The position numbers were made by a program, and so were the translations under genes. The notes under the pieces were generated by a model, which saw nothing but the letters and a program-made list of their open reading frames with translations, was not told the origin of the DNA and made no database searches. A stretch of 64,000 nt of DNA from Nitrospirales bacterium. GTDB taxonomy: Bacteria > Nitrospirota > Nitrospiria > Nitrospirales > UBA8639. Shown one piece after another: positions 10,642 to 21,326 of the stretch; positions within the stretch are counted from its first letter, which is position 1, and each line of letters opens with the position of its first letter. The DNA lies in the NCBI GenBank assembly GCA_965203295.1, contig CBDBCZ010000019.1, forward strand, positions 1,696,001 to 1,760,000, written 5' to 3'.

Positions 10642-11157
10642 ATGGGTGACCTGACTTGGAGAACGATTCGGATTGCTGTGCTTCTTCTGATCGTCATTGG
10701 ACTCAGTACGAGAAATGTGGGAACTTGGAATCGAGGGATGGCAGCTGAACCTGCCGACCCAGTTCCCGAGTTTCATCTCGTCACAATGGACGGAAGCAGC
10801 GTGGGTAAGGCCTCATTGAATGGCAAGCCTGCGCTTCTGATGTTTTGGGCTCCATGGTGTCGTGTGTGCCAGCAAGAACTGCCTGTCTTGGGAAAGTTCT
10901 ATCAAGAAGACAGGCCATCACAACTTCAGGTACTTTCCATTGGATTTGCAGATTCTCAGGATAATATTGAAGAGTTTATTCACGCCCACCCAGACACATT
11001 TGTCTTTCCTACAGCCTACGATGAGGACAATGTGGTGGCCAAAAACTTTCGAATACGAGCCACACCGACATTTGTACTATTAAATGGGAAAGGCCAGATT
11101 CAACTTGTTCATCAGGGGGGAGGAATCATGTTAACTCAGAATACCGAGCGTTTCTAG
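10642..11157 (+). CDS. TlpA-like thiol:disulfide oxidoreductase (possible frameshift in last codons)
   Basis: FWAPWCRVC, ATPTF cis-Pro motif, N-terminal anchor. Confidence 0.88.
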   Translation: MGDLTWRTIRIAVLLLIVIGLSTRNVGTWNRGMAAEPADPVPEFHLVTMDGSSVGKASLNGKPALLMFWAPWCRVCQQELPVLGKFYQEDRPSQLQVLSIGFADSQDNIEEFIHAHPDTFVFPTAYDEDNVVAKNFRIRATPTFVLLNGKGQIQLVHQGGGIMLTQNTERF

Positions 11158-11405
11158 GTGCCCTTAAGGGCTAACAGCCCTCCTTTACGCTTCTTCATTT
11201 TTTACGATAACTAGCTCCTCTTAATCCTTCCAGAGCGACCCTTATCGGTCTCTGTCTCTTAAACAACGGTAGCTGCTCGTCATCTGGGAAAGAACTCAGG
11301 ATTTAAAATATTATTTCCCATTTCGATCTTGAAAGTTGTAATTTAACGAGAATTTCTTGCAATCTATGGCTTATTTTTTGACACGGCCTAGGGGGAGAAT
11401 GTCAC

Positions 11406-12053
11406 ATGGACACGAATGAACGGTTCATAAAAACCAAAGAAAAATTGGCACAACATCGGCGTGGTATTTCTGGACGTGAAGTCGACGAGGACATCCAAGA
11501 TGGCCGTCTTCCACCCGGTCAGCATATCGTCAACAATTGGCCAGTTTTGGACCTTGGCTATAAACCTGAAATTTCTCATGAAGAGTGGCAGCTCACGGTC
11601 GATGGAATGGTTGATAACTCCATCACATGGACGTGGGTAGATTTTCAGACTCAGCCTCCTTTCACCTCCAATTCTGCTTTTCACTGCGTCACATCTTGGA
11701 GTCAATTCGATAATGAATGGGAAGGGGTAGGTTTTCAGCACTTACTCAAGATCGTACGACCAGGACCCACTGCAAAGTTCGTATTGTTCGAAGCCTATGA
11801 TGATTACACGACAAACCTTTCACTAGCCGTCTGTGATGACGTCGATATTTTACTGGCTTGCAAAAGAAACGGAAAGCCTCTTTCAAAGGATCATGGCGGC
11901 CCAGTGAGGATGATTGTCCCCAAACGTTATGCCTGGAAGGGTGCAAAGTGGATCAGAAAAATAACGTTTTCTGAAAAGGACCAGAAGGGCTTTTGGGAAG
12001 TTCGGGGCTATTCCAATACTGCCCTACCCTGGGAGAATGATCGTTACGGCTAA
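11406..12053 (+). CDS. Sulfite-oxidase-like molybdopterin oxidoreductase (YuiH/MsrP-like)
   Basis: RLPPGQ, FHCVTSWS, HGGPVR, YAWKGAKW, GFWEVRGY. Confidence 0.9.
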   Translation: MDTNERFIKTKEKLAQHRRGISGREVDEDIQDGRLPPGQHIVNNWPVLDLGYKPEISHEEWQLTVDGMVDNSITWTWVDFQTQPPFTSNSAFHCVTSWSQFDNEWEGVGFQHLLKIVRPGPTAKFVLFEAYDDYTTNLSLAVCDDVDILLACKRNGKPLSKDHGGPVRMIVPKRYAWKGAKWIRKITFSEKDQKGFWEVRGYSNTALPWENDRYG

Positions 12054-12361
12054 ACATCATCAACAGTTTCAAGAATGGCAGGATCATAGTTGAGAACCGC
12101 TGCGTCATCACTGCCTTTTCCACCACCCCAGCGATGATATGGGCGTGGTCGGGGATATCTTGCAGGTCATAGCCAACCATTCGCGTACGATTGCGACCCT
12201 ATTGCCTCGGGGTGAAGACCTGCCATGCGCTGGAGCTGCAAAAAGGGATGAACGAATTGGGGGTTACCCATTGGGTGTTTTGTCGTATGAAGAGGCCATC
12301 ACCTGGCTCGGTGAGGTATCGCCGGCACCTGAAAAGAATCCATAATACTAAGAAGTCGTGA

Positions 12362-13255
12362 ATGTTTCTCAGTCATGAGAAACATGAAGGAATCGTGGAC
12401 AAGATGATCGAGCGGTTGGCAAGAAAATTACTGATGAAAAAAAACCTACGAGAATTGATTCTCGATCCTCATCCGCTGCGTACGATGGCAACAAAAGTCA
12501 TCAAGAAATATAAAATGGGGAGTTATGAAGAGCGTCTAAGAATAGGAGCCGTAGACCGTCCACATTATGGCTATTGTGTTTACAGTGCTGCTGCCTTAGC
12601 AAAAAAGCTAGGATATCGGCGAATCAGTGTATTAGAATTTGGTGTTGCTGGAGGAAATGGACTCGTGAATCTGGAATACCACACGCAAGAAATCTCGGAA
12701 TTGCTCGCAATGGATATTGACATTTACGGTTTTGACACAGGCGAAGAGTTACCAGAGCTCTTAGGTTACAGGGACCTCCCCTATCATTGGAAAAGAGGCT
12801 TTTACAAAATGGATGTTCCAAAACTCCGATCACGAATTAAGAAGGCAAAACTCGTTCTTGGTGACATCAAGGATACATCAAAGGATTTTTTCGAGAAGTA
12901 TAATCCTGCTCCAATTGGAGCGATCGCATATGATCTTGATTTATATTCATCAACAGTCGCTGCGCTGAATATGCTTGGGGTTGGTGAAAAATATTATTTG
13001 CCTCTGGTCTTCTGCTATTTTGACGACACCATCGGCTCAGAGATCGAATTATACAACGACTATACAGGGGAGAGACTGACAATACATGAATTTAATCATG
13101 CTCGCAAGGACATCAAGTTTGGACTGCCCTATTATCTATTAGCAGAAAAAGTGGTAGAGGCTTGGTATCACAGAATATGGATTTGTCATTTCTTCAAGCA
13201 TAGTCGTTATAATGATTTTGTGAGCGAAGAGGATCAACAATTACCCTATCAGTAG
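12362..13255 (+). CDS. TylF/MycF-like class I methyltransferase-related protein
   Basis: LEFGVAGG, YGFDT, YDLDLYSST, YFDD motifs; visibly AT-richer than neighbours. Confidence 0.6.
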   Translation: MFLSHEKHEGIVDKMIERLARKLLMKKNLRELILDPHPLRTMATKVIKKYKMGSYEERLRIGAVDRPHYGYCVYSAAALAKKLGYRRISVLEFGVAGGNGLVNLEYHTQEISELLAMDIDIYGFDTGEELPELLGYRDLPYHWKRGFYKMDVPKLRSRIKKAKLVLGDIKDTSKDFFEKYNPAPIGAIAYDLDLYSSTVAALNMLGVGEKYYLPLVFCYFDDTIGSEIELYNDYTGERLTIHEFNHARKDIKFGLPYYLLAEKVVEAWYHRIWICHFFKHSRYNDFVSEEDQQLPYQ

Positions 13256-13356
13256 CTTTATTCATACCCTGAATGGGCGGTTGATATTCTAGGCATAAAG
13301 TAGCAAGGCAGCGAGATTCACAAACATTTTCCTCCTAGGAGGTGCGCCAGAAATCT

Positions 13357-13581
13357 ATGCCTATTCTAATCATTCTCGGCATAGTTCTGGCTGTATCATG
13401 GGTACTTGCCGAAGCGGAAATGATCTACGATTGGCAGACAGGTGATGGTCGCGACCACGATCTGCAAACCTACGGGAACGGCAGCAGCATCGATGATCAC
13501 CAATCCCATAGTTATCGTGATGCGACCACTCTGGTCACACCTGGCGAGATTATTATACGAAAGAGTCCATACACGTTATGA
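13357..13581 (+). CDS. Small putative secreted protein
   Basis: GGAGG upstream; hydrophobic N-terminus ending AEA. Confidence 0.45.
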   Translation: MPILIILGIVLAVSWVLAEAEMIYDWQTGDGRDHDLQTYGNGSSIDDHQSHSYRDATTLVTPGEIIIRKSPYTL

Positions 13582-13761
13582 AGGCAATCTCCTCTCAATT
13601 TGTCTATCCGTGCTTATTTCTCTTCGGTCCTTTTCCATCCAAAGCCTGACAATCGATATGCCAGGAATATAGATTTCTTGAAAATTTCACCTTCTCCCAA
13701 AAAGGAAGATGTTCCTACAGAAACAGTACCCTCAACCTGTTCTCTAGACCCATCACCGGTC

Positions 13762-14871
13762 ATGACATCTTTGGATCAATTCACTGTTACTTAGATCGAC
13801 CTTTGGCCTGTCGATATTCCTATGACTGATCCATTCGTGGTAGCCACAGGTCAGTTAACCACCGCACAAAATATTTTCATTCGAATCACACTTAGTAGCG
13901 GCATGCTTGGCTACGGAGAAATTGCGCCCTTTCCTGATCTCACAAGTGAAGACCGTCCTGTCAGTCTTTCCGTTGCACGACGTCTTGCTACGGCCGTTCT
14001 GGGCAAGTCAGTCTTGGACTACCGCGAGTTGGGCCGGTTGCTCCAAGAAATGGCACCAGACAACCCTGCAGCACGATGTGGGTTAGAAACAGCATTCGTG
14101 GATTCCCTCTGTCAGACTAACAAGATGCCACTTTGGAGATTATGGGGCGAAGCTGATGTTCGAGACCGAGAAACTGACATTACGATTCCTATCATCGATC
14201 TCCCACATACATTAACGTTCGCTCGTGAATGGCATAAACAGGGTTTTCAAGTTTTCAAAATGAAGGTTGGGAATGATGGGGATGAAGACATCCGTCGGCT
14301 TGAAGCCATTCACCAGCAAATGCCAGACGTGGCATTCATCATTGATGCCAATCAGGGCTTTCAGATGAATGAAGCAGCCGAATTCACCAAAAGGGTTTTG
14401 CGATTCGGAGGACAAATCATCTTACTGGAACAGCCTGTTCCCAAAGACGACCTAGAAGCTCTAGCCTATTTACGTCAAACTCTGAGCGTGCCGATTGCTG
14501 CAGACGAATCCGTACGGTCGTTGAAGGATGCCAGGGCCATAGTCCGTCATAAGGCAGCCGATTTCATTAATATCAAAATCATGAAAAGCAGCCTCATTGA
14601 ATCACTGGATATCGCCGCGTTTGCTAAGCTATCAGGAGTACGGTTGATGATTGGGGGAATGGTGGAAACGCGAATCGCTATGGGCTGTTCCTTCAGTCTC
14701 GCCTTGGGACTTGGGGGATTTGAGGTGCTCGATTTGGATACACCACTGCTCATGTCCCAAGATCCAGTGAATGGAGGATACCGCTATACCGGTCCTCAAT
14801 TAGCTCCTTGGACGGGCTACGGTTTAGGATCGAACGTAGAAATATCCGGAAAAAATGAGGTGATTAATTAG
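13762..14871 (+). pseudogene. L-Ala-D/L-Glu dipeptide epimerase (enolase superfamily) with in-frame TAG at codon 11
   Basis: KMKVG, DANQG, EQP, ADES, NIKIMK, DLDTP; reads MTSLDQFTVT*IDLWPVDIPMTDPF with TAG at 13792-13794; could restart at ATG 13822. Confidence 0.8.
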
Positions 14872-14940
14872 AAATACATCAACACGACTGTCCGGTTAAC
14901 GGAGCCGCGTTGCGGTATACGCGAATGAATAATTTAACAG

Positions 14941-15412
14941 CCCTTTTAAAGAGAGCCAAGGAATCAGTTCCTCGAGACTCTGGCTCCACCGGAGATCCCG
15001 GGGCAGGATCTTGGAAGTAAAACGAATGCGGTCAGCCTTGGGGACGGCCCGTTGATCGCGGCCCCGCCGCCCTCGGACCGGAATACCTCTCATGCCCGTT
15101 TGAATGATGCGCTCGGGCAAATACCCATTGCGCACCATCATTTGGTGCCCCTGGGCATCCCGGATCTTTGCATGCGCGCCGAGAAATGCCGTGCTTTCCG
15201 CCCCCACCGCGTGGGCCAGTAAGGCGCAGGCCCCCTTGCGAAGCACCTCTGTCAAGGGATCCTCCGTATACGCACTTGGCTTTTTCTTCTCGTCACTGCT
15301 ACGCTTTTCCATAGCGTAGCCTCCTTGTGTTTGAAAGGGTGGTGATGTTGGCTCATCACCAGGATACGCCGCCTATGTCTTCCAGACTATCCCCAACTTT
15401 TGAGTATAACTC
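14941..15412 (-). mobile_element. IS256-family remnant (one end plus truncated transposase N-terminus)
   Basis: RNGYLPERIIQT, RFTSKILP, LEELIPWLSLKG then abrupt loss of similarity; end sequence GAGTTATACTCAAAAGTTGGGG at 15412. Confidence 0.88.
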
Positions 15413-15547
15413 GCTTACAAATCCATGGTCTATACTCTCGCTTTCGAAGCCCTAGATGTCTTCCAGCTTAATCCCAAACGTTACAGCCCGTTGAAGAAGA
15501 TAGGATTTCGACAGTTAAGCAAACACCACGCCAGTTTTCTAAAAATC

Positions 15548-15799
15548 CAATCCACAAATTCTGTGGATAACCTTGTGATCAATTCATCCCCTACCTTCTG
15601 AAAAGCCGGTGAATTTACTTGGAAGTAACATTATGCCTAAATTTAGTGCATAGTAGCCAAAAAAATTGCACCACCATAAGTAGTGGTATCAAATCACGAT
15701 TCGTACATATTGTGAGATTTTCTTTTTCTCAAGTGTCCGTTTCGCCTCATTTGTTGTCATGGCAATTCCCTGGGGTAAGACCTCTAGGTGTTATCCCCA
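15548..15799. promoter_or_regulatory. Cluster of DnaA-box and NrdR-box-like sites
   Basis: Perfect TGTGGATAA 15562-15570, TTATCCCCA 15791-15799; imperfect NrdR-like 14-mers at 15635, 15672, 15701. Confidence 0.45.
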
Positions 15800-15997
15800 G
15801 AATATAGAAGGTCCTGTTAATAATTCCCTTTAATTTTCATTGTTTTTTGACAAATGCTGATCTACGAGTCAGAGAAACAGAGAGGTATCTGCAAGGAAAG
15901 TGCTTACAAAAAATGAAGGCGGATTTCGGATTCACACCAGAAAGATATTCTATGCCTTAGTCGAATAACCGTCTGCTCCCCCTCTCTCCTTATTCTT

Positions 15998-16663
15998 CTA
16001 CCGTCGAGCATAGAGGAGTTCACAGGCTTCTAAAAAGGCATCAAGGCGACCCTGTTCATAGGCTGCATTCAATCGGTTCCACAGCCAATCGGCATTGTGC
16101 GAATTCCCCAATCGCTCCACCCCTTGGGATAGCATCATTTGACTCGCGACATTAATGAGGCGTGTTTTCCGTTCCTCCATATCGGCATCTACGAATTGCG
16201 AAAGAATTTCGCCTCCTCGTTGTTTTACAACATCTTTACGAAAGGTATCATACCTTTGTCGTGCCACCGTTCTGGATCGGATTTCCACCAACTCCGCCTT
16301 AATTTTTCCCAGATCCTTCATCAAAAGACTAAAAAGTTCCCTCCTAGCCTCATCCCATAACTTTTTCTCCATCTCTTGGAGAACCACAGCGGGATTGACT
16401 GCCTCTTTTTCATCGACAGAGTATCCATCTGGAGCTGAACTCGGTGTCCCAAACCGCAGTCGCTCATAAGATTTTCTACTTTCCGGGTTACCCAATACTT
16501 CATAGGCGGCATTCACTTCCAGAATTTTGGCTTCTGCTCCGGAACTACCTTGATTACGATCAGGATGAAATTGGAGAACAAGTTTTCGGTAGGACTTCTT
16601 TATGTCTTCGCCTGAAGCATCCGGCGTTACTCCTAAGATCTTGTAAAAATCCAGATAGGCCAT
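15998..16663 (-). CDS. J-domain (DnaJ class C) protein
   Basis: DFYKILGV, FHPDRN, VNAAYEVL. Confidence 0.9.
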   Translation of the reverse strand: MAYLDFYKILGVTPDASGEDIKKSYRKLVLQFHPDRNQGSSGAEAKILEVNAAYEVLGNPESRKSYERLRFGTPSSAPDGYSVDEKEAVNPAVVLQEMEKKLWDEARRELFSLLMKDLGKIKAELVEIRSRTVARQRYDTFRKDVVKQRGGEILSQFVDADMEERKTRLINVASQMMLSQGVERLGNSHNADWLWNRLNAAYEQGRLDAFLEACELLYARR

Positions 16664-17137
16664 TTCAGACAGTCACTTGGTCATTGAGGACTTTGTTTGT
16701 TGCGAGGCATGCTCAAAAAATATTTCCAAACAACCGAGGTGGGATCTAGCAGAACACATTCTTCAGTATCCGATACCAAACGGCGCATATCGAGTCCAGA
16801 AGGATATTGACGGCATGATCAAATGAGATTAGCGTTGAGGAAGGGGAAATTCAAAAATACCGCCAAACAATCATCACTATTCAGTGCAAGATCTTTCTTG
16901 ACAAACTGGAGTTAATGAGTACTTTCAAAGAGCTCCCGGTCACAATGGAATTGAAGAAGCTACTAAGAACAGGCTGAAGGGAAAAAAATACAAGTGAGTT
17001 TACTCTGTCTCAATGCCCATCAATAAGATTGTCGATGATGAGTGAGGAGGTAAGAGGTAAATAGGAAATGGAATTTGATGAATTCGAATGATCGTTTCTA
17101 AAGGCTTTGCATTAAAGGGACAATGCAGAGCAAGTCC

Positions 17138-17338
17138 CTATTCTTTTTTTCGGCGTGTCAATGGTGGTCTGCCCGGCCCTCCAGGATGCCACGGTCGACT
17201 ACCCTTCCGTTCCCTCATCATGGTGCGCCGCTTCCGTAGATGGACAAGACAAAACCATTGACTCACGGCCTTTCGAGGGCAATAAATACAAAGACCAGCC
17301 TCTTTATGACGTCTCTGGTATCGCTGTTGACGTGTCAT
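17138..17338 (-). CDS. Small basic CCCH-type zinc-finger protein
   Basis: C-x2-C-x9-C-x2-H (CIYCPRKAVSQWFCLVH), Arg/Lys-rich, GRP motif; ATG 17338. Confidence 0.65.
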   Translation of the reverse strand: MTRQQRYQRRHKEAGLCIYCPRKAVSQWFCLVHLRKRRTMMRERKGSRPWHPGGPGRPPLTRRKKE

Positions 17339-17357
17339 ATCAAAATGATAACATGTT

Positions 17358-17378
17358 ATTATTGAATTATTCAATAAT
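17358..17378. promoter_or_regulatory. 21-bp palindromic operator candidate
   Basis: ATTATTGAAT-T-ATTCAATAAT, just upstream of extended -10 TGTTATCAT on the minus strand. Confidence 0.55.
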
Positions 17379-17523
17379 TAAATTATTCACCTTTTTGTTG
17401 CCGAAAAGCTGCTCATTGGCTCAATAAATATTAAGAAGAAAAAGACCTCCTTTCCTAGCATCGCGCATCTCTCTTGCTTATCGATAGGGCCTTAGCAAGG
17501 TCCGGAGTTCAGGCATAACAAAA

Positions 17524-18135
17524 ATGTTAGTCATATCAAGCCTTTCCAGTTATTGCCTCGTGATGGGTAGTACCTGCATGCTTATCTTGCCAGACCTTCA
17601 CAACCTCTCTTTAAGCAGATCCTATTTGGAGAGTCCTCCTTCAAATTCCAGTTTAATGGAATCCCCCTACTCTCGCCTTCCCGAATATATTGACGCAAAA
17701 CCATTCGACTCAGTTGCCACCATCTTTCTTCCAAGTAGGCATTTCCTCCCAATAAGAGCTTGGCAGAAGCATTCTTATCCTGTTACTGAACAAGCAGGTT
17801 ATTTTACAACCATTGCTCATCTTCTGGCTGACCCAGCGTCGTTTCACAAAAGACGTGTACTCGTCCGGGGGACTGTCACTCAACCGGAATTACACGTTGA
17901 TCTCACTTCTCTCTTTATAGACTTCGTATTTGTTCTAAAGGATGGCACAACCTCGCTTATCGTCTTTGGACAACACGATCGAACGAAAGGCGACATTCAA
18001 ATCCAATTAGGCCGTTATGTAGAAGTAAGTGGGATCTTCTGGGAAATTCGTGAGTCCCATGGTTCTAGTCTCACAAATAATTTGGAAGCATTGAGTGTCA
18101 CTTTTTTCCCATCATTGCAACCCGATGAGACATAG
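17524..18135 (+). CDS. Hypothetical protein with C-terminal OB-fold-like domain (start uncertain)
   Basis: TIAHLLADPASFHKRRVLVRGTV...FVLKDGT...GRYVEVSG pattern. Confidence 0.55.
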   Translation: MLVISSLSSYCLVMGSTCMLILPDLHNLSLSRSYLESPPSNSSLMESPYSRLPEYIDAKPFDSVATIFLPSRHFLPIRAWQKHSYPVTEQAGYFTTIAHLLADPASFHKRRVLVRGTVTQPELHVDLTSLFIDFVFVLKDGTTSLIVFGQHDRTKGDIQIQLGRYVEVSGIFWEIRESHGSSLTNNLEALSVTFFPSLQPDET

Positions 18136-18170
18136 AAAATATCTTTTTCTCAATGAGAGAAATTGAGGTC

Positions 18171-19262
18171 TCATAAGAACTTCATGACATGACGGACTAC
18201 TTCCGTCGTTCCACTTTCTGGCGGAGAGTGCTTTGGTATAGGGAGACTTCTTGCAGTATCCAAAGTCTCTTGCCACAGACCTGCAAAAAGGTCTTCTTTC
18301 GTCAGCTCTACAGCTCGTCCGAATGTGTGTGCGTAGGCCACCAACGGAGGCTCATCAGCGAAATTGTATCGTCTCACATAAACAATGGACTTCCTGGCAG
18401 CCACGGCTTCAATGATTGTGGCATAACCAGGTTTGCTTACAATAATGTCCGCTTGGTCAAAAACGGAATTGAAGTCTGTTCTTATGGAAGGTAAGGGTGT
18501 AAGCCGCTGAAACTCCGGAGGAACTGGCATATCCACCACAAACGAATAGCCTGCCATGCTGTTCAGCTCATCAAAGGGAAGCAAGGATTGAGGCACCCCT
18601 CCGAACCCAACTAAGACAAGCGTCTCCTCTAAACTTCGATAAGGCAGACTCTTTAGCGTCATATCATTTTCTCTCAACTGCCCTCCCACAGGCCCGACAT
18701 CTACGACACGGGGAAATGCATCCATAGAAATCCCTGGCATTAATCGAGTCAATAAATCCGCTTTCCCATACGCTGCCCGAATATGTGCAATAATGTCCTC
18801 TTGCTCTTGAGTGAGCTCAAGACCAAATCCCTGAAGAATTTGGTCCCACGACAACGAAGCCATCGCAAGAGCCGGGACCTCTAATTGGGCACCAACCTCA
18901 ATCCCCAGATACGAAATATTCGAAAGAATAAGGTCTGGGGATACAGACCGCATGGCTTGAGCTTCGTCTTTGACCTTTTGAGCCCACCTCTGATGAAAGT
19001 TTCTGTAAGCTTCCCAAGTCCTTTCTACATCAATAGACAGAGGGCCTTCTTGAACGCACCCAACATCTTGAATGGAAGGACTGAGCTCCCAGGAAACTTC
19101 GAGCTTGCTCGCAAAAAAGGACGACGGCACATTGGTCCGTAATATGACCTTGACATCAGAAAGATACTTCCCCAATTCATTTAAGACTGGTACGACTTGA
19201 GCCGTATGACCGAATCCATGCCCTGAAATCGCACACCATATCACTGACCTTTTCTTAGCCAT
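18171..19262 (-). CDS. GT-B fold glycosyltransferase-like protein
   Basis: ISGHGFGH, LVGFGG, DIIVSKPGYATIIEA. Confidence 0.8.
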   Translation of the reverse strand: MAKKRSVIWCAISGHGFGHTAQVVPVLNELGKYLSDVKVILRTNVPSSFFASKLEVSWELSPSIQDVGCVQEGPLSIDVERTWEAYRNFHQRWAQKVKDEAQAMRSVSPDLILSNISYLGIEVGAQLEVPALAMASLSWDQILQGFGLELTQEQEDIIAHIRAAYGKADLLTRLMPGISMDAFPRVVDVGPVGGQLRENDMTLKSLPYRSLEETLVLVGFGGVPQSLLPFDELNSMAGYSFVVDMPVPPEFQRLTPLPSIRTDFNSVFDQADIIVSKPGYATIIEAVAARKSIVYVRRYNFADEPPLVAYAHTFGRAVELTKEDLFAGLWQETLDTARSLPIPKHSPPESGTTEVVRHVMKFL

Positions 19263-19405
19263 ACCTCAGAAACTACACCTCAACCTCGTTCTCTAGAGAA
19301 TACTGCCATTCAGTATTACCTTGACGGTCTAGGAGAAAAAGGGTATCTCGTCATTACCTTGAACTCTCGCTTCGTTTACCCAGGACCAAAATAGGGTCAA
19401 GAACA

Positions 19406-19861
19406 TTGGGAAATCACATAAAAAACATATGGTTCTTGACAGCAATCATCATGATGAGCACTTTGGGGATTTCCGCTTGTACCGTATCCCCAGTCAGAAC
19501 AATCTCAGACGGAAAGTCTGAAGCCAGCGCTCAGACTCAAGACCGTCGTCAAGCTGAAGTCGAACAACGCCTTAAGCTTGCTGCCGAATCAGCTGAAAAA
19601 TTAGGTCCTAACAATCCACTCTTTTTCAGTTCTCTGTATAATTTGGCGTCCTATTATCGTGACCAGAAAGAGCATTCCAAGGCGGAAGCCATCTACCAAA
19701 GAGCCTTGTCTATAAAAGAAGAAACCAATGGGCCAGAGCACCCCGATGTTGCCATCATTCTGGAACACTATGCACAACTTCTGAAAACAGCCAATCGCCA
19801 GAAAGAAGCAATTCTATTAGAGGCCCGTGCCAAGGCCATTCGCACGAAGCACTTCCGCTAG
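19406..19861 (+). CDS. Tetratricopeptide-repeat lipoprotein
   Basis: ISAC lipobox; SLYNLASYY...AEAIYQRALSIKE...GPEHPDVA TPR. Confidence 0.85.
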   Translation: MGNHIKNIWFLTAIIMMSTLGISACTVSPVRTISDGKSEASAQTQDRRQAEVEQRLKLAAESAEKLGPNNPLFFSSLYNLASYYRDQKEHSKAEAIYQRALSIKEETNGPEHPDVAIILEHYAQLLKTANRQKEAILLEARAKAIRTKHFR

Positions 19862-19955
19862 CCACCACAGAAATTGAATCTCCTCTAAACTTTTAGAGCG
19901 AAATAACGTGGCTCAGATTACAGAGAGAACATTTCTGGCCAATGGAGTTCTCTCC

Positions 19956-20861
19956 CTACCAGACTTCCGCCCGAAAGCTCAGAGGCCTAATTCCCATCGA
20001 TTCAAGTCCCCGAATCAAATGGTCTCGAGCTTGACCATTCCCACACATTCGGACATGGTATTTCTGAAGATCAGGAACCCAGTCTTTCAAAGGACCTATA
20101 TCGATCAGCTCTTGCCCGTCTTGAACGGTGGCCTGAATAATTCGCCCTTTAGGGTATTTCCAAGCATCCGGCCATTCTCTTGTAAGCACGGGCACATAAG
20201 AAAAGTTTTGGGGCCAGGTCCTCTCCAACTCCAACAACTCATGGTGTTCTAAAAGTTGTCGCGGATTTCGAACACTCACGACAAGTGTCAAATGTATGCC
20301 AGGATGGTTTGCGGTTTTTCCAAATTGACAGACCTCCATATACTGGATATATGCCAAGAAGGGGGTAATGCCGGTTGAGTAAGCCATTGCGAGCATACGC
20401 CAACTCGGCCACACGTCATCAGACTCCAAAAGAAGATTATTCGCTTCAATCTGATGACTGTTCTCAAAGATCACCAGTTCTTTATTCTTCTCATCAAGGT
20501 TTACGCATACATCGATCGCTCCACCCTCTTCGACAAGTTTGGTCAATTCCTCACTCTGCCACCACGGAGAGGTATCAGTTTTTTCCTTATGAGTGTCGTT
20601 GATGATAGTTTCCAAGACACGATCAGCCGTTAAAGAACAATTTGATCGTGTATACATACGTCGTCGGTACTTTCCGGTTCTGACACCCCATGGCTTGGCA
20701 AGAAACGCATTTCCTGGACGCACTCGATCACGAATTGGGTAAAGCTCTCCCTTCACTTCATAATTTGAGGGAAGCGTTAATTCAATTTTCCTGATTTCTC
20801 CAGGATCAATGGTATGAACATTCGTAACAACGGCTGGCACAAAAATTTCTTTCGATCTCAT
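19956..20861 (-). CDS. Ferredoxin-NADP reductase-like flavoprotein
   Basis: RRMYT (RxYS-like), STGITPF, MCGN, C-terminal Trp. Confidence 0.7.
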   Translation of the reverse strand: MRSKEIFVPAVVTNVHTIDPGEIRKIELTLPSNYEVKGELYPIRDRVRPGNAFLAKPWGVRTGKYRRRMYTRSNCSLTADRVLETIINDTHKEKTDTSPWWQSEELTKLVEEGGAIDVCVNLDEKNKELVIFENSHQIEANNLLLESDDVWPSWRMLAMAYSTGITPFLAYIQYMEVCQFGKTANHPGIHLTLVVSVRNPRQLLEHHELLELERTWPQNFSYVPVLTREWPDAWKYPKGRIIQATVQDGQELIDIGPLKDWVPDLQKYHVRMCGNGQARDHLIRGLESMGIRPLSFRAEVW

Positions 20862-21326
20862 CGGAGGGTTTCCTTATCTTTGACAACATACGCGTTTCTA
20901 CATATGGGACTTCCACCTCTTAGTTGAAACGGGACCTGTTGGACGGAGATACTCTCAGTTCGTGTCCGACTATGAAAACACCTTATTAGGATTATACAAA
21001 AAAATAGTTGTATGCTCGCACTACTCAATTTTGTGCTTTTTCACTAATGAATATCCTGTATCCTGACTATGCAGCTCTCGACCATCCCTTTCATCCCAGA
21101 GAATCTTAATCATACACAGCAATTTTAGCCCTATCTGATCCCTTGCCTGCCTAGATACTATTCTTTAAAATAGATTCTTTACTTTCTATCGTTGACCTTC
21201 ATGAGGAGGTCGCGGACACTTTATCGGCAAACGACAGGTGCACACAGCAGATACAACGCCTGGGAGTGGGTCTTCTATCAACATGCTCAAGGCTTTTAAG
21301 AATTCCTGGATACTAGGGTTAACTTC

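Noticed and set aside
15413..15997. Replication origin
   Set aside because: Only one perfect DnaA box, no clear unwinding element, no dnaA/dnaN/gid context
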